From Neoechinorhynchus agilis (taxonomy: Eukaryota > Animalia > Acanthocephala), in the NCBI GenBank assembly GCA_051530055.1, contig CM121341.1, forward strand, positions 13,370,784-13,434,783: a DNA stretch of 64,000 nucleotides. The letters are read 5' to 3'. Position numbers and translations under genes: made by a program. Each line of letters begins with the position of its first letter. Position 1 is the first letter of the stretch. Below, one piece after another: positions 36,748 through 49,853 of the stretch. The notes beneath the pieces were generated by a model. It was not told where the DNA came from. It saw only the letters and a program-made list of their open reading frames with translations, and searched no databases.

Positions 36748-37699
36748 TGATCTTAAGGCCGACTGAGAGAGGTTGGCATCGTTGAGACACTCGTTATTTA
36801 ATAATGGACCATTAATTTGATCAACCTACATTTTTGGTGGTTTTGGTCTTTAAACAGTATTCTCACCTCGTCGGGAGTCAAAAACGCACTTTTCTTTTTT
36901 TGCGGTCCAATCAACTTTACACGTCTGATTATTTTAAACCAAAAAATAATTGAAATACCTCACTAAGATGCCGTTCTAGGACTATGGTGGGCGGTGCCGA
37001 TTTATGCCGTTTGTGCCGGTGAGATTTGTGATGTTTCTGAATGGAAAAAGCGATCGCTTATGTTCTAATAGGCAAGATAGAGAGATTAGATACCCTTTTA
37101 GTCTCAGAAACCTTTTGAACAGTATTTTTTCCTGTGTCGAGGTTGAGTGTTAGGACACACTATCCACGGATACTCACCATTGAATGAAGTTACTTTTGGT
37201 GATGCCATAATTGGCAAACTGAACACCACATCATCGCTGGATCCATTCGAAACCCAGTCCTTGTACTTACGAACGCTCGTGTTCATGAATGGGGTTGCGT
37301 TGAACACTTGTTTGTTCATAATGCGCCAGAATATAAGAGAAGCGGTGCAAATGAACGGGTACGCATGAGTAGTACAATGTCAGGGTTCAAACTGAGAACG
37401 GCAAAAACAAAAGTGAGTAATGAGCGTGCTAAGGTGTCATCTGATGTTTCCTCCTCGTTAAGGCAAATGAACCGATTATCCCTAGCTGATGCTATGAATT
37501 CTTTAAAAAAAATCTTAGCTAAATTATGAACAAAGATATAAAAATATCTCAGCACACTCAAAATCAACCACGCATTACCTCGACTCTCAGATAAAGGCGA
37601 CTTGAGATGGGAAATCACAGATCGAATCGACTTGGACGAAATGACGCTCTCTGTGATCGGCTTATAAGGAGTCACTTCTAATCGAGGATATATACCGAT

Positions 37700-37960
37700 C
37701 AGTAGTTCGCATTGTGTTTCTTTACGGAACCGAATGCTCGTCAATCACTCAACGTGATGAGCAACTTCTCACCGTGATGGAAACGAAAATGTTAAGATGG
37801 CTACGACGATATACGGGACAAAATGCGAACGCCTTGCGGGTGAACAGTCGCTGGTTGGAAGAAGGGCTGAAAGTCGAGGCAGAGGGAGAGTTCGAAGCCG
37901 AAATGCTTCGACCAGACGAAACCTTCAATCGCGAAATATGGAGGAAGAGGTTGTTTTATA
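37700..37960 (+). mobile_element. RTE-clade LINE C-terminal fragment
   Basis: FLYGTECSSITQRDEQLLTVMETKMLRW...NREIWR resembles RTE LYGxExWxxT...ExKMLRW...DRxxWR. Confidence 0.65.
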
Positions 37961-38687
37961 GAATCACTACAAAGCTCGTCAATATGTTCATCTGCACATG
38001 ATTTGCTTCAAGGTCGCAAGAGACACAGAACTCATCAACTTTATTAATCAGCATTTTGAGCTAATGAAAATAGCGAAAAATCCAATCTCTAATCTTCGTC
38101 GCCTGAAATTCCGGAAGCATTTGTGCAATCCATCGATATTTATTTCAACTATAAAATGGAGTGCTTTTTAGAAAACAAATAAATACAATCATGATTGGGA
38201 GTCGGTGCAGAGGGAAAGCACCCAGGCCATGCCTTTGACTGCGAAAAATGGAAAAAAAGATTAGTAAATGCCGCTTCTATACGCTATAAAGGTTGAAGAA
38301 GTTACAAATATTTCCATTGGTATCTAAAAAGACCACGGCGTTCTCTTATTTTACAATTTGTTCTTAACTTCCAAACACGTTGAAAGTAAATATAAAATCA
38401 ATTTAAATTAGGGCACTGTTTGGACTGCTACGATTTCCACTTCTTGTTCCGAATAGTACACATACAAACCCGATTAATCAGAGTTTTAGGTTGACAAATG
38501 CGATGACTCGAGTTTGGAACGTTGATCCATACTCGAGTCTTTCCTTCCTATTCATTTTCCTTTGAAAAATTAAGCGTGCTGAGGCAAAGATCATCACGTG
38601 AATCACGGTAAAAATGACTCGTGTGGGTTTCTTTGAATCAAAGAGCGATAAATACCTTTTCACTTGCTACATTTTTAGCTTAGAAAA

Positions 38688-39173
38688 ATGCACTCAACAC
38701 TTCTATTCGACATCGCGCTCTTGGCGGTCTTTATTGCGAGTGGAAAGGGTTCTACAGAACACTTGCCTGCGAGGCCAATCGCCGGAGACAAGGACGTCCA
38801 GGATCATGTTGTACATTTTGCTAAACTTCTTCTTGGAATGCTCAATTGTGATAGCTGTCGTCTAGGGATTGGACCAGGGGAGAAGGTCCTTCATTGCAAA
38901 CGTGTAATGTTGGATGATACTGATCATGAAGTGATAATTACCTTCAAGAACACATCATTGATGGATTTTGGATTGGATAAATCTGGAAAAGTTCTTAAAC
39001 TCGATCTGGAGCTCGGTAACCTACGCCGGAATAAATTAAGAAGCATGGAACGACCAAAAAGACATACGAGAAGACTTGTTCATGAAGAAAAACCAGTGGT
39101 GATCGATGTTAGCAATGAGGTCGACCTTCAAGACGTTCATGTTAAGATGGGGGAGATTTTTAAAGAAACATAA
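38688..39173 (+). CDS. Hypothetical secreted protein, 161 aa
   Basis: Hydrophobic N-terminus MHSTLLFDIALLAVFIASGKG; ATG start; no recognised family. Confidence 0.5.
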   Translation: MHSTLLFDIALLAVFIASGKGSTEHLPARPIAGDKDVQDHVVHFAKLLLGMLNCDSCRLGIGPGEKVLHCKRVMLDDTDHEVIITFKNTSLMDFGLDKSGKVLKLDLELGNLRRNKLRSMERPKRHTRRLVHEEKPVVIDVSNEVDLQDVHVKMGEIFKET

Positions 39174-39754
39174 CATGTAGATGGTTATTAACAAAATTAG
39201 TTATTAGATATATTAGTGGTTTTAAAAAAAATTCCAATTCGTTTTGGGGTTACAAAATTCCAGTCGTGAAGCACTTGTAATATTTTATTTTGCATGACAA
39301 GCATCTTTTGCCATCGTTTGTTTGATTATGCAAATAGAATAACCGATATTGAGACGATCAAATCAATGTATAAGTGTGTATTTCAGGCAATGTAGAAGAA
39401 ATGGGTTGATCCGGACACCTTCGTTTGTCTTTATTGTCCAGTTCTGAGATTATGCTCAATATCCAATCGACGATTATTACTATAAAGAGCACAAATATCT
39501 GTAAAATATTATTTTACCTAACATGATTCTTAGATAAAAAGATATCAGCAAATTCTTCATTCCGGGTACGAGAATGTCAAGTGGTTTTAAAATAATTTTC
39601 ATTCTATCAATAAAGCAAAAACCAGACGCTTTTTTTGTTCAGGAGGCCTACCTCGGCTAAAGAAAACAAATGTACCTCCGATGCATGTCTTTATTGTATT
39701 TATCATAGATGTTGAAGATAGTTTTAATTTTAGGAGTCTAAAAATAAGAGTTTA

Positions 39755-41136
39755 AAAAGAAGCCTCGGAGAGATGTATTTTTTACACTTCAGGACCTTGG
39801 GCATTGAAAATCTATGTTCAGCACTTTGCTAGATTTTTATAAAATCAGCGATCCTAGTTCAGGATCAGCTTTTAGTCTGATTAAAAGCCTTTTACGGAAA
39901 TCCCTCGAACCATTCAGAGGAATTATCGCCGATTTCCTTTTGTTTAAAAGTAGATTGGTCTTCAATATAAATCTTTTGTTCAAAACATTCAGATGGCTTT
40001 CAGTCATATAAGTTACTATTTCCGCCATTTTATGATTAATAAAACACATCCTCCGCACAAATCAAAAGATGAACGAATTTGTGTTTAGGAAAATCTTTCA
40101 TTAAGAATGCCATAACAATCGCGAATTGAGTCGGTGAAAGCGGAGATTCTTGGGGCATCGGTAATATTTGCAAAAGAATTGCTATCACTGTGATCGATTT
40201 TATAAAAGAAGATTTTTCGACTTAGGCCAACTGAATAATTTTTACTATCAGTAATTTCGGTGTTCAAATAGAAGCACTGAATCATTTACAACCAATCTAT
40301 CTACATCATCGAAAAATTTCGATATGTAGAGTTGAATAAATAACTTGTTGGTGTATGATATCTCATTTGATTTATGTAACTCTCCTAAAAGAATGTCTAC
40401 TCTTGTTATTTATAAACCTATTAAAGTATTCGGGGAAATAGTCGAAAAGTCTTTATCTTGGAATACGTTCAACCATTGAACTTATTGGATTCTGTTCCGC
40501 TATAATGCATACATTTGATGGTCGAGATATTTTAGTGATCTTCCCTGTTGGTAAAATAACCTTCTTATCGACGTTAATGGCTACTAAGCCTCTATGATCA
40601 CAGAACTATGAGCTCGGGCGACTAAAGGTTTATCCCAGATAGACTGCTTCATTCACGGGAACTTGGTTGTAACCCGTCTTCTCAGCCACGTTCCACTAAG
40701 AGATTCGCCGCATAACGACCGGAATCTTGAACTTTTTGACCCGGTGTTCCGTCAATCTTCACTCCCAGTTCACTTGAGAGATTTTGGCGTTCTGAACGCA
40801 ACAGAAAACGCAATCCCAGCCTTTGGCTCATAATTTTTCTTTAATCTTTAATGTGATTGATCATCACAAAGAAAAAAGCGAGGGGAGTTTACATCGAGCC
40901 CAAATCAGCCAGGATTCTATAAAACACGTAGGATTCGTGTAAGAAGTAGATTGCTTCATAGCCGAGTGTGCACACTCCTCCAAATCAAAGATGGATTTAA
41001 ATTTGCTGAACAGATTCGAAGTGATTAAATCACTCGATGATCTCGAATACCGTCTCTTTCGATCATCCATACTTTTACTCCGTCTAACTGACGAACGGCT
41101 TGATGGAGGTGGTTGCTGTCTATAATCCGTCTCCAT
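39755..41136 (-). repeat. Inverted composite duplicate of 2418-2826 joined directly to 9644-10497
   Basis: 40864-41136 translates as the RNPS1 C-terminus; 40085-40285 equals 10044-10244; junction near 40680. Confidence 0.9.
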
Positions 41137-41289
41137 ACTGAATCTGCATGTTAAATTCTTCTAAAATAAAGAGGTTCACAGCCTGTGATTACAAGTGAAT
41201 CGTCCGTTTAGAAGCGCCAATAATCTCGGGCTTGGAAAGAGTCGTGTTAATCATTGATTGATAGCGGGACTGATAGATAAGAAATTGAT

Positions 41290-41450
41290 CCCCTATTATT
41301 GCTGTGCTTTTGTTCCCGGAAGGGAAGTCAACTCGCTAACTGACCAAGTGAGTTTCGAAAATGAGAGACTTTTTGGATGCAGCATTAATAAGGCCTTTGA
41401 TGCCATCGATCGAGAGTACGTTTACGAATGAGCTACATTAAGATTCCTCA
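41290..41450 (+). mobile_element. Highly decayed LINE RT remnant
   Basis: Short motifs AFVPGR and AFDAIDREYV only. Confidence 0.35.
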
Positions 41451-41582
41451 GAAGTTACGGATGCGAATTGAAAAATATTATTTTAAGTGCTGCCTCTGAT
41501 GCATTAAAATGTTCGTAAAGATTCAGAAGTTGTTGTCGCGCGCCTCGTAGGTTTGGGAAACATACCGTAAAAAACTGCGAGT

Positions 41583-41975
41583 ATGGGCGCTCATGATTAC
41601 GTGATTACTACCGATAAATCAAAACTGTTATCCTACCAAAGAAGATACGATGTTATTATTGATGCCATTAGTGCGTACCATGACGTTAATGAACTACTTG
41701 GTCTTTTAAATGTAGGCGGAAATTTAGTGTTAGTTGGATTGCCTCCTGAGCAGTTGAAGTTTACGGCTAGATCCGTAATTCGAACTAAGTGTTCCATAAC
41801 TGGATCCGCAATTGGGTCTCGCAAAGAAACGAAGGAAATGCTTGAGCTTTGTTCAAAGCATGGAATCACCTGCGAAGTAGAGGTTATAAGACCCGATCAA
41901 GTAAATGAAGCTTATGATCGAGCATTGAAAGGCGATGTTCAATTTAGATTCGTGATGGATATGAGCAAGCTTTGA
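41583..41975 (+). pseudogene. C-terminal third of a cinnamyl-alcohol-dehydrogenase-family (YahK/AdhC-like) medium-chain dehydrogenase
   Basis: YDVIIDAISAYHD..LLNVGGNLVLVGLP..ITGSAIGSRKETKEMLELCSKHGI..AYDRALKGDVQFRFVMD; no catalytic N-terminal part found upstream. Confidence 0.75.
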
Positions 41976-43690
41976 TGTCTTCATGCTTGGCAGAAAATGA
42001 TCACTTCTAAATAAATCATCAATTAGCATTTTTTTAGTGATGGGATCCAGGATTTTCTTAAAAAGCGAGAATGTACGAAAAACGCCAAGGCCGAGAATTT
42101 ACATCGTCTGAGTACGATGAAATATTCAACAAGATTAAAGAAATCATTCGAGATGAGGACAAATTTATCGATTTTCTGAGAAGGTTATTCGGCATCGAAG
42201 ACCGGCGAGTAAGGGATTATAAAGTAGAAAAATCGGACACTGTGATTGTGCGATACGTCAGCGAGGATATTGATAACAAATTAACGCTCACGGACAAATG
42301 GTTTGCAGTGTTCTATTCGGGAACGATTCTAATGAAGGCTTGAAAACATTTGAGGGGATAAAGAATATCACCAAAGATGCAAAATACAACGGCACTATTT
42401 TTGCTTCACCCTGAATAAAGACGATTTACTGGACGGAAAATTCAGTAATTATAACGGCTTAGAAATGGTCAGACGAAATTTGTGAAAGAGCTTGATTATT
42501 TCTACGATCTTTATGCTAAAGGACGTCTTTCTAAGGGATTATTTGTTTGGACGGCCAAACAAAAGGCCAATTAGTTTCGATGGATGTTTTCATCGATAGG
42601 AAAAAATAAATAGTTTGGCATTCATTTTGTTTTAAATGTAATTTGAAAATGACAACGAACACATCAAAAGTTCTCAAAGAAGTAGAAATCTTTAATGTTC
42701 TAAATTTAAATTCAATCATCGCTTTTTGTATATGGAGAATTATCGAGAATGGACCATAAGGAACAATTTGTTAAATTTCCTTATTTTTACGGGTTTTTTA
42801 GAATGAACGCAAAAGAGCAAAATACTAAAATACAAACTGATTTATTTCTACTCATAAAAACATCGTTCAAAGAAAGACGCGAAAAAGCGCACCAGGTAAA
42901 TTCATAAAATCTTCATTTGTTGTTAAGAAACCAAATTTTAGTTAAAAACAATTTATTTACAAAGGAGTAAATCGGATCGAAGTTTATTCGAGATTTATTA
43001 ACAAAACTTTTAAAAAATCATATTGGCTATCAGGCGCTCGTCACCTGAGAAAAAGCTTTTTCTCTGATGATTATGTTTTGATGGAAAGAAAAATGCCCAG
43101 TATGATTTAAAAGACTTAATTTTATTAAGTGCGTTTAGATTTTTTTACTTATGATGGAACTATGATGTTTCGACGGGATGTGTAAGCCTCAGATTATTGA
43201 ATGTTCTATTATATAACGATAAAAAATTAGTTGGTGGATTGGTGACCGGTTTCATAACCGCATGTTTTCTTTTCCATTTTTCGTTACTTTGACAATTTAC
43301 GCGATTAAGAACAAATGTTTATTTTGGACCAATATTTCGGAGTTTTGCTCCTTCTTCAGGTTCCTGGAAAGCGCGCAGAAATAAAGAGCACCGGAAATCT
43401 GTTGACAAAGTACATTGCTGAACCGGGTATTCTTTATTCCGGAGAGCTATCAAAATCTTTAACGTTGATCTGGAGTTTTGGTGATCGTAATCCCAGATAG
43501 ATCGTATTTTATTAAGCTTTTGGGCTGACTGCTGAGACGAAGCCTCTTAGCGAAATACCAATTAAGCGAGCATTAGTGTCACTTTCTTAAGACATTGAAT
43601 TTAAAATCCCTAACCACTCAAAACAAAGTACAGACACAGCTATAAGCCTATACTATACATTCATACAAAGAATATCTCGACAAGTGCGAC

Positions 43691-45763
43691 TCACGACCAC
43701 TTCGTTCCGACCTTACTGACCACTCCGCATTCAATGTATTCTTTGATTGTCTGATGGAGATCTTGTCTCCCGGCCGACTGATCACATCGACAGTACTGAG
43801 ATTCTCGGAGTCTCTTAGTTAAAATCTCGATTCTTAGCAGAAAAAACACTAGCCGGATTTTGTAAGAACAACTGAGCTCCGGCAAAGACAGCTCGGCAAC
43901 TCGAATAATTTCGTCGGCGCCGGCCACTAGCTGCCCATGAAAGCAAGCGAACGCAAGATAATAAACTAGTACCGAGAATTCGAACTTCGCAGAACCGCTT
44001 CGTGTAGATTCTCTCCATAAAGAATCAAACAATTGGTCACTTAGTCCGCGAACTCCAATTGCGTCACACAAAAGTTCGGACATTCGTTCATAATCAGATT
44101 TTCGGATTTGAATGAGTGTTTTCGAAAAGTGCCAAGGCGGCGACGGACTACTGCCCAGTGAAAATGAGACATCATTCGCTGGTACGAATCTTAGTGCGTC
44201 GATTATACACTCGATATTATCGATGATTGTACTTATGAATTCTTTGAACATACAATGCCCGTTTAAAAGCATTTCATATTGTTGGGTTAACTTGAGAGCT
44301 TCTTCTAAACCCATTAAAGCGTCACCAAGAAGATATTTTTTACAATTAGCGTATTTTGGTGGACGAATCACCAAAGAAGATGTTCGATGATGATGAATGT
44401 AGGAGATAGACAAGCAGTTCTCAGTGGAGATTGAATCGCACGGAAATGACATTGGATTTTCTAAGCAGAATGCTCGAATTTGACTTTCGGAAAGACGAAG
44501 AAGCAGTAGAGCTCGTTTTAGGTCAGATTGTTTAAATTGAATACTTCGATCATTCTCGATCGTACACGTTTCCTCTTTTTTCCTCATGAAATTGAGAATG
44601 ATAGAAATTTAGATTTTCGCCCAGTTTTAGATTTGTCAGCAATGGTCTGATAAAAAAACATAGGGAAATGAAATGATAAAAAATCTTCTGTACGAAGCAT
44701 TTCTTTTAAGATTTCTATTGCTCGATGATACTCACGGTTAGCCATACATATAATGGCTCGTTTATAGGTTTGATTTTCGAATGGTTTTAACTCGAGCGTC
44801 CGGTTCGATTGGACGAATTCATTGTTAAAGTTTCGATCGAATCGTACAATCACTGGATCCTCAATTAAGCCGTCAACGGTTACCTCGACGCTAAAAGTCT
44901 TCAGGAGGTCCAATGGACAATGCCAAATGTGTATTTGAAGCAAACGTTGTAATTCGTAGAAATAATTGACCGAATAGCCTGATTTATGAATATTTTCGAT
45001 CATCTCATAGTCTTTGATGGCTTCCGGATACATGGCGGCCATTAAGTGGCAATGGAATCGAATACGAAGCGCCATTAATTTTCTTTCTTCTGAAAAAGAT
45101 TCGTCCTCTGTGCCATTGAGAGTGTTGCTTTTTGGTGTTACAAACGCTACCTTTTCCCCTTGCTCTTCTATATTTTGATTAAAATCAATCATTAGACACA
45201 GATCATTGATTGCAATAAGAGCCGAACTGATATCTGTTTGAGAGTATTTATAGAAGGCGTAAAATAGACAAATGTTGAAGTAAGAAATATCATCGTATAA
45301 AATTGGCAAGTGTTCTCTATTCATTCGAAGGTGGAGGTAGGAAACGAAACCCTGCGAAAAGAGAGAACCCCACGCCTAAGCTGTCTCGTTCTTCATAGAC
45401 CTTCTCAATGACGTCATCGAGCTCCCGTTTGATTCCACTCATCTCGCACTCAACTAAGACATAATTGAACGCAACCACAACGTCGAAATCGCCATTGTTC
45501 GTGAGCAATACTCGAAGGCATTCGAGATAAGATTTGGTCTCGTGGGAGGACAAGAACTGTAAAAGAGCCCAATTAGCAGCAACGTTCGGATGTTGGGCGA
45601 GAGGAGTCTTATTGAGAGCCTGGTGGTCATTCCGGCAAAGGTCAATCTTTTGTTGACGAAAACGAAGACGAGACCGACGAAGAAGACGAACGTTCTTACT
45701 GTTAAAATGCTTCTCAAACCGATTTCCAGATCGAAATGCCTTCATTCCTTCTAACGTACCCAA
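43691..45763 (-). CDS. CNOT10: Divergent TPR-like helical protein, tentatively CCR4-NOT subunit 10; probable introns near 45375-45315 and 44659-44583
   Basis: Ordered weak similarities recalled from CNOT10: YLECLRVL..VAFNYVLVE, ICMANREYHRAIEIL, LLGDALMGLEEALKL, VLVYYLAFAC..LVFFLLRIE. Confidence 0.45.
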
Positions 45764-47687
45764 TAATCAGTCACACGCGTAATGAGCGACGAAAAATTGA
45801 CTTGTCACTGTTGTAGAATTCTTCCGTGCTAAAATAGAAACCAAGATCCGAAAAGAAGAATGCAGATTTATCGTAAACTCACCATTTTTTCCTATTGATT
45901 CGAGGAGAGCTCTGAAAGAAATTTTAATCGAAGTAAAAAAAAGAGGGATTGAAGTTCTTAGATTTTCCGAGTATTCATAAACGACCAAAATAAAAAAATT
46001 TTCATGAAAATTTGGGGAACTTTAATCCAACCTAATTAAGAACTCAAAAATAATCCACACTTAAACCAAAATACAGAATATACTTCTGTTGAACATAACG
46101 ATTATACCATGATACTTCACATTAATTTTAATGTAGTGATCACACGTCGTCGTAACTCGCAAGAAAATGTGGCATGAAAATATTATACAGTCTTAATTTT
46201 TATCGGTGCACAAGCCAACAACGAGGCAATGCTGCTAGCGTGATAGCGACAGCCGAGGAAAGAGAGAAGCTAAGATTTTGGATTGCATGTTTTGTACTTT
46301 ATTATTGTTTAAAATAGTGCAAATCAAAAACTTTCTAATTCTGTTAAATCTCTTCTTTAGCTCCGATTCCTCTTTAGAGTTCATTCCATCGGGATCGCGG
46401 CCAAAGGACGCGTCGCGATCGATTAAAGGTCGCAATATTTGAGATATTTCGAACGAAGTAACCTCACCTCATCAGTCATCTGAAATATGTTTTTCACATT
46501 AAGGTTTTACGCTGGAGTGCGTTAAATCGCCAAACCCGAAGATCGGGGACCAATTATCCGCTCGAACCTCTGCGCTGTACTATACTTTGATTAACCCGAA
46601 GGATTTTGTCGATGATCAAAATTTTAATCTTTCTTTTTCTCGGTTTTGCCACCCGCTGGGGGATTTATACTTTCACTTCACATCGATCGGATAATTCCGA
46701 CATTTCCTCGCAAGGTTTGCTACATCTAGAACACAAACATTATAGCTTTATCCTCTGGACTGATACTTATCGGGCAAGATGTTCCCTTGTGAATTTAAAC
46801 CCCTCCCCGGAGTGGCCTCCTCGAAGTGAATAACCAATAACTTCCCCCCTCCTGACCGGGGACTCGTAATCCACTCCAAAATCAACATTGATTCATCCAA
46901 TCAGAGCTCGAGTGCTCGCGAGGAACCAAAGCTACATGAAAACCTGTTCTTTGTGACTTTCCTTCTAATGAAACGTGTAAACAAAAGCCGGAGTCTCGAT
47001 ACGTTGCCTTTTATTTTGGAGATGATCTAAAATCCGTTTGAAGATTAAATTGTTCATGCTATTTTTATATGGCTTAAAAAAATTGAAGTAATTTGTTGAA
47101 TTCGATATTTCTGAGGCACACAGTGTTGTACGCGTTTATCAAGGTTGAGAATCTACGCAATGGTGGCTCATAAATATCGAACCTAATAAATTACATTAAT
47201 TTTTATGCCATAAAAAAGAGAATCAAAAGCTGCTCATCCATAATTAAACCCTTCAATAAAACACGAATATATTTAATATGAAATAAGCGACTTGCTTTTT
47301 TTGAATGTAGGCTTAGGATTTGCCTTACAATTGGCACAAAAATCGCATGAATTGCAAATTTAAATGGCAAAAGCTATCAAAGAAATCAAATGCTATAAGC
47401 AACAATTTTATTGGCCAACTTTCAAATTGGTCTGGTTTTTTTGACCAATCATAATTTGATGTGATTTGCGTGTTCAAAAAAAAGAGGATTGAAAAGTTCG
47501 TTGCTTGACTTTGGAAACTCGTAACGTTCGCAGTAACTTTTCTAATCTAAATCTTAAAATTTTTGATTGCAAATGCCAACTTTTGACATTACCTTAGTTT
47601 ATGAACTCAAGATTTAGTCGCGTTGGTTGCCAAGGAACTGAAGATTGGAATGCAACTTAACAGATAACGAATGTTAAAAAATTTGAA

Positions 47688-49853
47688 ATGTTTTCGGACA
47701 ACTACCAGAATGGATTAACAACGGTTTATTATTCGCTTGGTTCTAATCCTTTGAAGTTTTTCGACTACGTCGTAAGCTCAGTTAAGCATTTAGTGAATGA
47801 CTTAAGATAGGAATTCTTAGGTAAATGAAGGTGGAGACATTAGAAGAGTTCAAGATGAAGATCTATGCAGTCTAGTTCATGAGATACTGTCTGAAACTAC
47901 AGGGTATATCGTTACTTCAAAATCTTTTTACCTTTTTTTAATTCGGGAAGGACAACCTATGTCGTAGCTCCTGATAAATGTTTAAAATCTCTCGGAATCC
48001 ATCAACCAATTCTAAACATCATTGTGAAGAACCTTGAACTCCCGTTCTTAATGGACGTAAAGGTATTCTTTCAAAAATTAAATTCGACATGTTTTGATAA
48101 TTACCTAAGGTGAAAGATCTAATGGATGATACATTTACGCTTCAGTTTGGAAGTTTTTTTCGAAAAACACGTATAAGCAATTTTACGTCGTCTTTTCCGA
48201 TCGAATGGAAACTTGGATGGAATCAGCTCTGTTTTGATCTTAAGTATTACCTTGATCATGCATGTGGCGCAACGTTCAAAGAGTGTGTGGAAATAAAAGT
48301 TTGAAATTAAAATTAAAAATGTAATTGTAAAGTTTAACTTAGATTTACTCAAATTGCCGACTTCGAAGAATTGTCTTTTCCAACACTCCCATCACTGCTG
48401 ATGATGAGCTTCATAAGGAAATTGCCGAATGTTTGAGACGTCCTATGGATGCTAAAGAGGTTTGTGTGATTTTCACCTATCAAAATTTTTCAATTTTTGA
48501 ATCTTTGATTATCTCAATCAACGCTAAGAAGTAATTTGCTCTTTTCCAGGAATTGTCCATTGAAGGAGTGCGAAATTTGATACATCTAAGGTCGAAGGAC
48601 GCGATCAAGGTTTCTAAAGTTGCTTCTGGATCGAAGCTTAACGCACTTAATGGTACCAGTAGCCATGATAGGGGTTCACGAATTGAAGAAGTGGCTGAAT
48701 TTTCCAAACTTAGTTCAAAAATAAGAGATACTTTTGCACTTCCCAGATCACAGCTCCAACTAGCGCACCGTCAAGAAAAAGAGGTGAATACTGACATAAA
48801 TTCACGCAAGTGTCAACCTGAACCTTCTCTTAGAAAATATCTAGCACTCCGAGGAAAATAAAGCCAAAGAGTTTAAAGCGGAATACAGGATCTCTAAAAT
48901 CCAATCGGATGAGTAAAGCGCTCAGTATAAAGGATAAAACGACACGAGAAACGAATATTCTCAAAACATCGAGAAAAGGAGTATCTGGGAAAATAAAGAG
49001 TCCCGAAGATGATCCTGGAACGAGATCTATTCTAAGGAAAACGGGGTTTACATCCTCACGAAAAATAACACCTAAAATAGAAAAACGCACTGAGGACAAA
49101 GACCGTTTAAGTATTTCGAAAAGACTAAAGTCATCTGCCAGGACAACAAAAGCACCTAGGACAACAAAGAGGACCACCAAGAAATTAGAAGGAATCCAGA
49201 ATCCTAAGAAATCGGCACTCGCTAGTGCTATAGAAAAGAAAAAAAATGTTAGCTCTGTTTCCAAGACATCTGATCGAACAACTAAAAGCTTTAAGCTTAA
49301 TTCCATAAAGCGCTTAAAGCGAAAAGGATCAACCGCCACCTCCTTAGCTGAACAAAAAGGTAATCCGGCAAATGCAAAGAGAAGTATTCTACCTTCCAAA
49401 CATGTTAAACAAACCAATTCGGATTCTAAAAAATCTTCGTCCCTAAAAAGACGTGGCACTGTTGGAAAAAGCACAAGATCAACTGCAAGAAAAGGAAACG
49501 ACGGGAAGTCAGTTTTAGATCAAAAGTCTTCGAGAAAGGCGACTAATTCGACTTTAAAAACGAAATCTGTTAAGAAAGGCGTGGAAGGTAAGAGTATAAA
49601 AAAATCCCGAGGATCGGCAGTGGTAAAAGATTCGATTGTTGGAAAGCGAAACATCAAAAGCGAAAAGTCTGCAAATATTAGTAGAAAAGGTAGTGGGTCT
49701 CAACGGGCGGGAACAACAAAAGCACGTCGATCAAGTGCGAGAAAGTTAGACTCGAAGCAACTCGATGAATTAAACGAAAACACCGAAAAGCCCGGATCAT
49801 TCCAAGTGGAAAATCAGCCCGATCAAAATGAGCTTTCGGCTAAACTTGATTGA
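47688..49853 (+). CDS. CFAP20: CFAP20/BUG22-domain protein with a long Lys/Arg/Ser-rich tail, ~612 aa, 7 exons (47688-47771, 47821-47903, 47951-48062, 48110-48298, 48343-48459, 48550-48783, 48834-49853)
   Basis: Spliced product MFSDNYQNGLTTVYYSLGSNPL..IRRVQDEDLCSLVHEI..SLGIHQPILNIIVKNL..GWNQLCFDL..IYSNCRLRRIVFS follows the CFAP20 pattern. All six introns are GT-AG and in phase. Confidence 0.85.

Noticed and set aside
37104-37744. Overlapping ORFs on both strands
   Set aside because: No recognisable domain and no consistent splice model; strand cannot be determined.
48909-49853. Stand-alone histone H1 gene
   Set aside because: No globular winged-helix domain; the frame is open upstream to an acceptor at 48833 and joins the CFAP20 exons.
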